In this document: positions 1 to 8,335 of the stretch, in pieces
Position numbering within the stretch: the first letter of the stretch is position 1
How the letters are laid out: the number at the start of each line of letters is the position of its first letter
Virus record (IMG/VR): IMGVR_UViG_3300049043_000070
Location: 1 to 64,000 of that record
Length of the DNA: 64,000 bases
Direction: 5' to 3' (one strand)
DNA from: a virus
Notes under the pieces: model-generated
Database searches by the model: none
Seen by the model: the letters and a program-made list of their open reading frames with translations, nothing else
What the model was told of the DNA's origin: nothing
Position numbers and translations under genes: made by a program

Positions 1-96
1 TGGTGGACAACAGGCATCCCCAACAAGCAATGCGTTGTCTCCCGGACAAAGTGCTTCAAACACATTATTCAACTGGAAAGCTGCTAGGAGATAAAC

Positions 97-1516
97 ATGG
101 CAGAATTTCAATCAACAACCGACTTTCAACTTTCAAGTGTTATAATTTCTCCTTCTGATGGATCTAATGGGTATCAGATCAAGCAACTTGTTCAGGTGTT
201 TTCTTATATTGAAAGTGTGGATTATCCATGCGTAATGGGATCAATGATTGTTGTTGATAGTGGTGGTCTATTAAATAGATTGCCAATTCAGGGCGGAGAA
301 ATTGTAAGAATTAAGGTTAAAACAAACATAGATCCAGATGGATTCAGAATATACGATGCGTGTCTGGAAAATTGCTAACAGATACGTTAAAAACCAAGAT
401 CAAGCATACACATTAGGTGTGGTTTCTGAAGAAGCATTGAATGATGAATTTGCGAGAATTGTTCAACCATTGGAAGGAAAACCAGATGAAATCATCGCAA
501 AGATGCTCAAAGAAATTCTGAAAACATCAAAGGCATTTTATTCTGAACCATGTCTTTTCTCTACAAGATTGATTGCTTCTAGAAGAAGGGTTTTTGATGT
601 GGCATCAATGCTAATGGCAAAGAGTGTTCCTGCTATAAATCCAAAACCAAAGACTTCATCAAATAACTCAAACACATCAACTCAGCAACAAGAGCAGAAG
701 ATTTCTGGAAGCGCAGGTTATTTCTTCTGGGAAAATAGAAGAGGATTTAACTTCTTCTCAGTTGACACGTTATGTTCAGAGAAATCAACCGGTGCTTATG
801 ATGGGAAACCATGGGGACCATATGTTGAAAAAATTGTTAATCAATCTGATGGGGCAGATGATAGATTTACAATTTCAAGTATAACGTATGGATCTGAAAT
901 TGATTTAATTACTGGTTTAAGAATGGGAAGATATTCAACAAAGATGTGTTTCTTTAATCATTCCACTGGGCAATATGACGAATATGTTTACAACATGAAA
1001 GACGCATTTCAAGATATGAAGCATCTTGGAAGTCAAGAAGAACCATCTTTAATTAAGTTGGGCAGAAACAAAACGTTAGCAGATTATCCAACTGGTCTGA
1101 TGACATTTTTGTTGGATCACGAGACTTGGTATAACGAACAAACTCCAGCATCACCATATGATAAGGATGGGAGCAAAAATCCTTCACCATATTCTGATAG
1201 ACACTTGGAGTTTGCTGCTCAGTCAATTGTAAGATATGATACATTATCAAATCAAACAGCAACAGCAGTTATTCCTGGTAACTCAAAAATTTGTGCCGGA
1301 GATAAAGTAGACATCCGAATTATCAACAAATTGCCATCAGAAACTGCCAAGAAAGATCCATTTGATCCAGAGAACAGTGGTGTATATCTTGTCATGGAAG
1401 TAACGCATGAATACAATACTTTGATTGGATCAAACGGTAGATTTACAACAACACTTCGTCTTGCTAGGGATACTCACGGAATTAAGAACCGCGTATCGCA
1501 GCATGGCACTAAATAA
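97..1516 (+). CDS. Baseplate hub protein (T4 gp27-like, inferred), one frameshift near 345
   Basis: ORFs 97..378 and 338..1516 join into a ~470 aa protein. It lies directly upstream of cp12/gp5 and has a beta-rich C-terminus (GDKVDIRI...SGVYLVMEVTHEY...TTLRLARD) typical of hub proteins. Confidence 0.55.
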
Positions 1517-1536
1517 TGTGTTGGCAGGTAACCAAT

Positions 1537-1749
1537 ATGAATAGTATTGATCAACATATACAGAAAGATAAATCAATCCTTGATGATCCACAAATATCAT
1601 CACAATCACGTAGGCACATTGAGCAAGAGTTGGCAGCACTAGAAGCTTATAAAAAAAATCATCCAGATAGACATCAAGATCCAACTTCTTTGGATCTATA
1701 TTGTGATGCTCATCCTGATGCTCCAGAATGTAGAATTTATGATAACTGA
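1537..1749 (+). CDS. cp12: CP12 Calvin cycle inhibitor (auxiliary metabolic gene)
   Basis: C-terminal CP12 signature LDLYCDAHPDAPECRIYDN (CxxxPxxxxC). ATG at 1537 follows an AGGT RBS-like motif. Confidence 0.93.
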   Translation: MNSIDQHIQKDKSILDDPQISSQSRRHIEQELAALEAYKKNHPDRHQDPTSLDLYCDAHPDAPECRIYDN

Positions 1750-1754
1750 GTGAT

Positions 1755-4607
1755 ATGGATCAGGCATTAGCTCAAATATATCCAATCAATAGAATTGGAA
1801 GTGATGGTTTTAATTGGTGGGTAGGTCAAGTAGAAGGGACTGCTGCCGATGAACCAAATAACAAGGGAGGAACTCGCTATAAAGTAAGAATTGTAGGCGA
1901 GCATCCTCAAAGCAAAGAGCTGCTTGATACAAAAGATTTACCATGGGCAAATGTAATGATGCCCGTGACTGTTCCTTTCATGCCAGGAAATGAAGGCGGA
2001 GCAAATTCACAGTTAAAACCTGGATGCTGGGTTGTCGGATTTTACTTAGATCCGGAGAGACAAAAACCATTGATCATGGGATCTATTGGTCAAACTCCTG
2101 GTGCCACAACAATTGTTAAAAATGCTAGACCAGATGATTTACCATTTACAACTGCTATTCCGGCAACTGTAAATCCAGCGACGGATGGACAACCAGCTCC
2201 AGAAAATCCTCAGGGAGGACAATCTGAAGAAACAAATAAAAGTACTGGTGGAATGCCAGATGGGACTGTTGATAAAGATGGAAATCCAAGAGTACCAATC
2301 AGTACAAAAAAAGAAAGCGGAGCAAGCAGAGAGAACTGGTGTCAAACAGTAGCAGAAAAGTGTTCTAAAGAAGACATTAAAACAAAAGCAACAAGTATTC
2401 TTGTTGAATTATTCAACGAACTGAAAAATAATGGCGGAAATATAGGATCATACCTTATCAATAAATCAACCGGTGCTGTCTATAGCACTGTCAATATTGT
2501 TAGAAGATACATCAATAAATTTTTGAGAGTAATTAATCACTTTATTGCCAAAGTTAAAGGATTTATCATTGATAAACTAAAAGCAGCAGTTAATGATTTA
2601 ATCAAGGCATTAATTTATCCATCAGAAGAAGGCAATGTTTTAACACCAGTGACGCAGTGGTTTAATAATCTCCTGAAAGATCTTGGATGTAGAATGGCAG
2701 ATCTTGGCGATCGTTTGGCAGAGTGGTTAACAAACGTGTTGATGGACCTTGTTAATCAGATTTACCGTGTTGCTGCTTGTCAAATTGATACACTTGTCAA
2801 TGGTATTTTATCAAAGATGAATTCGTTGATGAATGAATTACTGGATGCTATTTTGGGACCATTACAAGAGATCCTACAAGCAATTGCCGGACCATTGGAC
2901 ATTATTGGTGGAGCAATTAGTTTTGTTCTAAATCTTCTTGGGATCTCTTGTTCTGGTCCAGATCAAACGTGCGCCAAATACAAAAGTGTTTGTGTTGATG
3001 GAAGTAAGAAAGAAGGAGAAAATGATCAAGACTTCTTAGATAACTTGTTATCAAGTATTGATAACCTATTCCCAGCAACTGGAGCAGACTATACTCGTTA
3101 TACATGTGCTGAAGCATACTCTGGTGGTCCTTTGGGATTGACTACAATTGGATTTACTGGTGGAATACCAATAATTGGTGGAACCGGATCTACAACTCAA
3201 GTACCAAAAATTAATTACACAATTGATGATATTGATGTTGAGGAAGGAGATGATGCCTCATTTACAGTAACAAGATCTGGATATACTGAAGGAGCTTCTT
3301 CTGTCACATATAAAACTTTAACAAAAGGAACAGCTACACCAAACATAGATTACTATTCCGATCAAGGAATTCTTGGTTTTGCTCCCAACGAAACACAAAA
3401 GAAAATTACAATTAAAACATTCTATAATGTTCAGTCCGAAGGAGATGAAGATTTCTTTGTTTCTCTTTCATTGAACACACCAACTCCATCTGGCGGTATA
3501 AAATCAAATTTCTCTAAAAATATTGGAAGGTGTCGTATTGTAGAGAGAAATATTTTAGAACCAGGAAATCCATATACTCCAAAAGATGTAAATCCAACTG
3601 GATCTTTGCCAGATGTATTTCCAACAGATGAAGTAGACATATTAAGTGATGGACCAGGAACAAAAGATCCTTCGCAATCTAATAGTGAATTAACACCAAC
3701 ATATAAAGTTACTTCTGATAGAAGCACAGTTAAGGAAGGAGAATTTGTTATCTATACAATTACTACGACAAATGTAAGAAATGGCACAATTGGTTATTAT
3801 ACTTTATCTGGTGATGGCATATCTTCAACAGATATTATTGGTGGAAAACTTACAGGAAGTTTTGTTGTAAATAACAGTCTTGCTTATGTAACAGTCGGAA
3901 TTGAGGAAGACAATACGCCAGAAGATGAAGAGACGTTAATATTTACAATTAATGGCACTGGTGCTGCCGTGAGTGTATTAATTCTTCCAAATGATGGAGA
4001 TGGAGCAAATCTTGATGATTTTGATACATCAATTGGTGATAGTCCAGAAACGGTCTTTACACAATTTACAGAACCTACAGTGAACCCAAACAAAATTATT
4101 ACTGATGATAATGGTGGGATTATTGATATACCAATTGATAATCCTGGTTCCCAGTGGGCAGAACCACCATATGTCTTTATTGGCGGAGAAGGATTTGGAG
4201 CCACTGCTACAGCACTCTTGGATCAGAATGGTTTCCTTACAGAAATTCGTGTTAAGTCAAGTGGATACGGTTATCGTAAAAACTTGGCGGAAGATAATGG
4301 TGTTCGTTGTATTATTGATACCTTTACTGTGATCCGACCAGGAATTGGGTATACAAAAACTCCTGATCTATATGTGAATGGAGAACTTGGAGTTGCTGAG
4401 GCAGTTATTGATGACAAAGGATTTGTGATTGGGGCAAGAATTTTAGATAGACAAAGAACGTTTAATGAATTTCCAGAAATCGTTGTTGTTGGCGGTGGTG
4501 GATATGGAGCAAAACTTCTTCCATCTCTTGCTTGCCTAGATACAGAAGCACTATCTACCATTGGTTCTACGAAGATTGGAACTGGACGTTACGTTGATTG
4601 CCCATGA
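1755..4607 (+). CDS. gp5-like baseplate hub/spike protein, N-terminal part (OB-fold plus Calx-beta domains)
   Basis: The N-terminus DGFNWWVGQVE...RYKVRIVGEH...LPWANVMMPVT...WVVGFYLD...QKPLIMGSI is the gp5 OB-fold. Two Calx-beta-like modules lie at ~3210-3475 and ~3700-3950. Confidence 0.85.
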   Translation: MDQALAQIYPINRIGSDGFNWWVGQVEGTAADEPNNKGGTRYKVRIVGEHPQSKELLDTKDLPWANVMMPVTVPFMPGNEGGANSQLKPGCWVVGFYLDPERQKPLIMGSIGQTPGATTIVKNARPDDLPFTTAIPATVNPATDGQPAPENPQGGQSEETNKSTGGMPDGTVDKDGNPRVPISTKKESGASRENWCQTVAEKCSKEDIKTKATSILVELFNELKNNGGNIGSYLINKSTGAVYSTVNIVRRYINKFLRVINHFIAKVKGFIIDKLKAAVNDLIKALIYPSEEGNVLTPVTQWFNNLLKDLGCRMADLGDRLAEWLTNVLMDLVNQIYRVAACQIDTLVNGILSKMNSLMNELLDAILGPLQEILQAIAGPLDIIGGAISFVLNLLGISCSGPDQTCAKYKSVCVDGSKKEGENDQDFLDNLLSSIDNLFPATGADYTRYTCAEAYSGGPLGLTTIGFTGGIPIIGGTGSTTQVPKINYTIDDIDVEEGDDASFTVTRSGYTEGASSVTYKTLTKGTATPNIDYYSDQGILGFAPNETQKKITIKTFYNVQSEGDEDFFVSLSLNTPTPSGGIKSNFSKNIGRCRIVERNILEPGNPYTPKDVNPTGSLPDVFPTDEVDILSDGPGTKDPSQSNSELTPTYKVTSDRSTVKEGEFVIYTITTTNVRNGTIGYYTLSGDGISSTDIIGGKLTGSFVVNNSLAYVTVGIEEDNTPEDEETLIFTINGTGAAVSVLILPNDGDGANLDDFDTSIGDSPETVFTQFTEPTVNPNKIITDDNGGIIDIPIDNPGSQWAEPPYVFIGGEGFGATATALLDQNGFLTEIRVKSSGYGYRKNLAEDNGVRCIIDTFTVIRPGIGYTKTPDLYVNGELGVAEAVIDDKGFVIGARILDRQRTFNEFPEIVVVGGGGYGAKLLPSLACLDTEALSTIGSTKIGTGRYVDCP

Positions 4608-5645
4608 CAAAATATTCTTATGCTGCCAGTAAGAGAGTATACGATACTTTATACAAAAATGGTCCAGCAAAACCAACTACACCAGATGAAACTCAGGAGT
4701 TAACCAAAAAACCAAGATACAACACTTGGTATAAAGGAGCTCTAACTAGATCTGAGATTTATGAAAGAATGTTTCCTGATGGGCAGACATGTGCTCTGCG
4801 TATTGATGGTCCCAGTGATGGATTTATCGCATTTGATAATACTGGAAGCATTAAGATTGTAACAGGAATACATGACCCAGAGATTGGTGCTGGTAGTGGT
4901 AAATTAGCAATCAGAACTTATGGTCAGCAACAACAACATCTTGAAAGAACTGATATTGAATACAATGCTGGAACTGATGGGGAAGGACAAGCATTAAACA
5001 TTATTGCTTATGGTGATGTAATTGAAAGTGCCACTGGAAGTGAAAGGCATATATACGCACAAAAAATTATTATATCCGCCGCAGAAGAACTTATTTTAGC
5101 AGGTCAAACAGTAAAAATTCAAGCTGAATAATGGTGCTGGCAGTATTGAATTATATGCTGGAAATGTAGAAAAAATTACAACAAATGATAAGGAAGTTGT
5201 AACAGGTCAAAAGATGACATTTGGAGCATCTGAAACTACTAACTTACAATTTGATCCTCGTGCTTCTGTCAATTGGGTATCTCCTGGGCATGTAAATTGG
5301 AAAATACTTGGAGATTATAAGCAATGGGTTGGTGGAGCATCTCAGCAGGTTGTTGCTGGCGGAAAACCAGTTCCTCCGTTGATCAAAGACAGATCAGAAA
5401 CATATCAAGTTAGCACTCTTCTTGGCGGTGTCAGATTTACTGCTGCTACAGAAGATATTACATTCACATCAAAAACTGGTGGATTTTATGGTTATGGTGT
5501 CGCTGGCATTGATCTGGTATCTACTACTGGAGATATCCTTATCAGCACTGGAGCAGGAAGCATTGATATTATTTCTGGAACTGATGTTAATATCACTGCC
5601 ACTGCTGATGTTTCAATCAGAGGTGCTCTTATTCTCCTAAACTAA
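4604..5645 (+). CDS. gp5 C-terminal beta-helix/spike part, frameshift near 5130
   Basis: ATGA overlap with the preceding stop. ORFs 4598..5131 and 5214..5645 join, and the end (DIISGTDVNITATADVSIRGALILLN) is typical of gp5/VgrG needle termini. Confidence 0.7.
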
Positions 5646-5674
5646 GATAAATCAGAAGATTGACGCCAAAGGGA

Positions 5675-5703
5675 TTGACAGAACCTCAGAAACCGAGTAG
5701 GAT
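5675..5703 (+). promoter_or_regulatory. Sigma70-type promoter
   Basis: TTGACA, 17 bp spacer, TAGGAT, upstream of the ATG at 5730. Confidence 0.6.
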
Positions 5704-5729
5704 AACTCTGTTCAAGGTTCAGAAAAGTA

Positions 5730-5921
5730 ATGGCTTTAGGTAAACAAGTTGAAACCAACCTACAGGAAGCATCTGCTTCTCTTCGTAATGCTCTGGCATA
5801 TGCTGCTAGACAAGAACGACCGATTGTATGTAAGCAAATCTCTAATCTGATTAGTGAGATAGAAGGTATCGGATCATTTGACACTATTATGGATAAACTG
5901 GAGGAATTGAAAAGTGAGTAA
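5730..5921 (+). CDS. Hypothetical protein (63 aa)
   Basis: Intact ORF behind a promoter, tiling the intergenic space. Confidence 0.65.
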   Translation: MALGKQVETNLQEASASLRNALAYAARQERPIVCKQISNLISEIEGIGSFDTIMDKLEELKSE

Positions 5922-6006
5922 TCCTAAAAAGCAATGGATTGATAAGAAGGGTCGTACCTGGGAATGGGAAGAAACGCCAGAGCTTCGTGCCTTCATCGCG
6001 CAGCAG

Positions 6007-6065
6007 AGTGCCAGAAAAGCAACTGTCACACTACCCTTGACAACTGCCCAGTAATCGGGTATTAT
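6007..6065 (+). promoter_or_regulatory. Palindrome-promoter cassette with canonical -35
   Basis: AGTGCCAGAA-N4-AACTGTCACA, TTGACA at 6037, TATTAT at 6060 (29 bp after the palindrome). It lies upstream of a small ORF and the tRNA array. Confidence 0.75.
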
Positions 6066-6226
6066 ATATACATACAGAACACGAGAGAACGATGAAAGTT
6101 CCGAACTGGCAGCACCACTCCAAAAAAGAGCAGAAGCGTTCTCTCAAGCCACAAGCATTGAGAGCGGCTGAAAAAGCGTAGGCAGGCATTAAAGGTCAAA
6201 CTATTGGTCAGTATATGACCCCATGT

Positions 6227-6297
6227 GGGGGTATAGCTTAATGGTAGAGCGGCCTGCTTATAACGGGTTGGTCTGGGTTCAATTCCCAGTATCCCTA
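6227..6297 (+). tRNA. tRNA-Ile(UAU)
   Basis: Cloverleaf: acceptor GGGGGTA/TATCCCT, D arm GCTT/GAGC, anticodon stem GCCTG/CGGGT with loop CT-TAT-AA, T arm CTGGG-TTCAATT-CCCAG. Confidence 0.88.
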
Positions 6298-6299
6298 TC

Positions 6300-6373
6300 G
6301 CTCCTTTAGCAATCTGGTGAATGCACCGAACTCATAATTCGGTGAAGGTGGGTTCGATCCCCTCGAAGGAGCA
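6300..6373 (+). tRNA. tRNA with CAU anticodon (Met or Ile2)
   Basis: Acceptor GCTCCTT/AAGGAGC, anticodon stem CCGAA/TTCGG, loop CT-CAT-AA, TTCGATC T loop. Confidence 0.88.
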
Positions 6374-6378
6374 CCTAT

Positions 6379-6451
6379 GCCCGTGTAGTCCAACGGCAGA
6401 GACAGGGGACTTAAAATCCCTCCAGTGTCGGTTCGAATCCGACTACGGGTA
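6379..6451 (+). tRNA. tRNA-Leu(UAA), short variable loop
   Basis: Acceptor GCCCGTG/TACGGGT, anticodon stem GGGGA/TCCCT, loop CT-TAA-AA, T arm GTCGG-TTCGAAT-CCGAC. Confidence 0.85.
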
Positions 6452-6491
6452 TTCTTGTTAAATAGTAACAAGAACTACTAGATCAAATGTA

Positions 6492-6773
6492 ATGGCAGTT
6501 TTCAGGTACACCATCACTCGTAAGCACGTCTTTGTTGACAACGAACCTGTGTTGATGTATTATATTGAAAACATTCCATTTGCGTTTGATATTTTAGAAG
6601 AAGACCAGAAACATGATAAATGGATCTTGTCTGAGGCGGCACTCAACCAAGAATATACTATGGAAGAGATCTTTAGATACTCTGATTACTTGATTGCTGA
6701 AGAGTGCCACCCTGTATTGTTTGAACTAGACTTAGTTAATCCAGAAGTTTTACCCGATGAACCAGTTTCTTGA
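6492..6773 (+). CDS. Hypothetical protein (93 aa)
   Basis: Intact acidic ORF overlapping the cpeT start. Confidence 0.7.
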   Translation: MAVFRYTITRKHVFVDNEPVLMYYIENIPFAFDILEEDQKHDKWILSEAALNQEYTMEEIFRYSDYLIAEECHPVLFELDLVNPEVLPDEPVS

Positions 6774-7275
6774 ATACTTGGAGGGAACCTTTGCCAACAA
6801 AAGGCAAGCACAATCTCATCCTACTCGTTATGCTCATATTCGGGTACAACATCGGAAAATTTCCGATTTTCGCTTCTATGGCGAACAAGCATACAACTAT
6901 CTTCTAAATAACCCATATCGTCAATTTGTCATTGATGTAGAGGTTGAGAAGGGGCAGTTTCGTCTCAAAAATTATGAAATCGCAGATCCGCAAAGATTTG
7001 CTGAGTGTAAAAACCTTGAGCTCATCACAGATGACATCTTGACGTATCGGGAAGGATGTGATATAATTATCACTCAAACTGGTCCAGAAATGTTCCAGGG
7101 TGGCACATCTACTTGTGAGTGTTGGGTTGATTGGCAAGGTGTAAAAACCTATGTTCAAAATGAACTCACACTCACAAAAGATGAATACCACGTTATTGAT
7201 CGTGGACTTCATGCCGAAACCCATGCTAAAGTGTGGGGATCTGATTGGGGAGCGTTCAAGTTTGTTAGAATGTAG
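6757..7275 (+). CDS. cpeT: CpeT/CpcT-family phycobiliprotein chromophore lyase
   Basis: Motifs LEGTFANKRQAQSHPTRYAHIRV, FYGEQAYNY...PYRQ and IDRG...VWGS..GAFKF match the T-type lyase family. Confidence 0.88.
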   Translation: MNQFLEYLEGTFANKRQAQSHPTRYAHIRVQHRKISDFRFYGEQAYNYLLNNPYRQFVIDVEVEKGQFRLKNYEIADPQRFAECKNLELITDDILTYREGCDIIITQTGPEMFQGGTSTCECWVDWQGVKTYVQNELTLTKDEYHVIDRGLHAETHAKVWGSDWGAFKFVRM

Positions 7276-7283
7276 ACCTTCAC

Positions 7284-7354
7284 GCCCTATAAGCATTGTG
7301 GTGATGCAGCAGTTTTGTAAACTGCAGAGAACAGTTCAATTCTGTTATGGGGCT
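7284..7354 (+). tRNA. tRNA-Thr(UGU)
   Basis: Acceptor GCCCTAT/ATGGGGC, anticodon stem GCAGT/ACTGC, loop TT-TGT-AA, T arm AACAG-TTCAATT-CTGTT. Confidence 0.88.
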
Positions 7355-7515
7355 TCGGTACTCGTCATGCAGATAGCATAGAAGGAGGCCGAGGGGAAAG
7401 TCAGCATAAGGCTTCCCGCCAACTTCTACTACGGGTATCTTCCGTAGGGTCGTATGGGGATGATTGGGCAGGGTCTTAAGGACTTTGCCTTCTGGGCGAA
7501 GTCCGATCATCCCCT
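7355..7515 (+). ncRNA. Multi-hairpin structured RNA between tRNAs (manA-RNA-like candidate)
   Basis: At least five helices are visible: TCGGT/GCCGA enclosing ATGC/GCAT, GGGA-AGTC/GGCT-TCCC, CTACGG/CCGTAG, and GGGGATGAT/ATCATCCCC enclosing GGACTTTGCC/GGCGAAGTCC. It is GC-rich with no plausible ORF. Confidence 0.65.
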
Positions 7516-7518
7516 CAT

Positions 7519-7590
7519 CGTGGGGAAGTGTAACGGTTGCACAGAAGTCTCATAAGCTTCAGGTAGATGGTTCAATTCCATCCCCCGCCT
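7519..7590 (+). tRNA. tRNA with CAU anticodon and a 1:72 mismatch (possible initiator-like Met)
   Basis: Acceptor CGTGGGG/CCCCGCC with C1:C72 unpaired, anticodon stem GAAGT/GCTTC, loop CT-CAT-AA, T arm GATGG-TTCAATT-CCATC. Confidence 0.8.
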
Positions 7591-7596
7591 CTATAT

Positions 7597-7671
7597 CCTC
7601 TGTTAGTCTATTGGTAAGGACGGGTGGACAACACACATGGAAACTAGGTTCAATTCCTAGACAGAGGACCA
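7597..7671 (+). ncRNA. tRNA-like element with aberrant anticodon arm and encoded CCA
   Basis: Perfect acceptor CCTCTGT/ACAGAGG plus A-CCA, D arm GTCT/GGAC and T arm CTAGG-TTCAATT-CCTAG. The anticodon arm GGGTGGACAACACACAT pairs poorly and has no U33. Confidence 0.7.
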
Positions 7672-7672
7672 C

Positions 7673-7745
7673 GGGGAATTAGCTCAGTTGGTAGAGCACC
7701 TGCTTTGCACGTAGGTGGTCAGGAGTTCGAGTCTCCTATTCTCCA
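7673..7745 (+). tRNA. tRNA-Ala(UGC)
   Basis: Acceptor GGGGAAT/ATTCTCC with G3:U70, anticodon stem CCTGC/GTAGG, loop TT-TGC-AC. Confidence 0.93.
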
Positions 7746-7764
7746 TGAGTTCTTATTACTCATT

Positions 7765-7920
7765 ATGTCCTTGATTTCAAAAGCAGACAGACAATTAGCA
7801 CTAGAAGCAATTGAGTTTTATCTTTTCAATAAACAACATGACTTTACTGAAGACAAAAGAATACAACTCAACGCTCTTGCCAACTGGATTCGATTGGAAA
7901 GTTTCAAACATGAAAATTAA
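7765..7920 (+). CDS. Hypothetical protein (51 aa)
   Basis: MSLISKADRQLALEAIEFYL..., overlapping the next ORF. Confidence 0.55.
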   Translation: MSLISKADRQLALEAIEFYLFNKQHDFTEDKRIQLNALANWIRLESFKHEN

Positions 7921-8080
7921 TCTGTGGTATTGTGCTATAATGAAGCAGTGGCGCTGGTCTCTTACCGATGATCACCGTCCAATCGTTCGCCAAGAAAGCG
8001 GACAACAACCACATCTACGTGATGCTATGAATGACATAGCAAATACTGTAGAATTTCTTATGGACACTAAACAACTATAA
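7910..8080 (+). CDS. Hypothetical protein (56 aa)
   Basis: MKINLWYCAIMKQWRWSLTDD..., tiling between the tRNAs. Confidence 0.6.
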   Translation: MKINLWYCAIMKQWRWSLTDDHRPIVRQESGQQPHLRDAMNDIANTVEFLMDTKQL

Positions 8081-8086
8081 TTTCAT

Positions 8087-8158
8087 TCCCTTATAGCTCA
8101 ATTGGCAGAGCACGGAGCTGTTAACTCTGGGGTTCCTGGTTCGAGTCCAGGTGGGGAG
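8087..8158 (+). tRNA. tRNA-Asn(GUU)
   Basis: D arm GCTC/GAGC, anticodon stem CGGAG/CTCTG, loop CT-GTT-AA, T arm CCTGG/CCAGG. The 3' acceptor G-run looks one G short (probable homopolymer error). Confidence 0.85.
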
Positions 8159-8287
8159 TTTTGGAGAAAAATATGTTAAATAAAATTCGTGGAGATGTAA
8201 CTTGGAGAGAACAGTTTAATTATATTTTCATTTGCCTTAGAGAAATTTCAAAAATTCTAATATTGCGGAACAACTACAATCCTGGCG

Positions 8288-8295
8288 TATAAATA
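8288..8295 (+). promoter_or_regulatory. T4-type late promoter
   Basis: TATAAATA 41 bp upstream of the giant fibre gene start. Confidence 0.8.
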
Positions 8296-8335
8296 AATCC
8301 AAGGGTAAATTATAATCTACGGGTCAGTATTAATC

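Noticed and set aside
5120-5140. Stop-codon reassignment or readthrough
   Set aside because: The stops checked (e.g. GAA-TAA-TGG here) are resolved by a frame change, not by reading through. No suppressor tRNA is present and all three stop codons end genes normally.
7355-7420. HDV-like (theta) ribozyme at the 3' end of tRNA-Thr
   Set aside because: I could not find the nested double-pseudoknot elements by eye; the visible helices are simple nested stems. A covariance-model search would settle it.
8087-8158. tRNA-Asn as a pseudo-tRNA
   Set aside because: The only defect is one missing G in a homopolymer, matching the window-wide indel error pattern.
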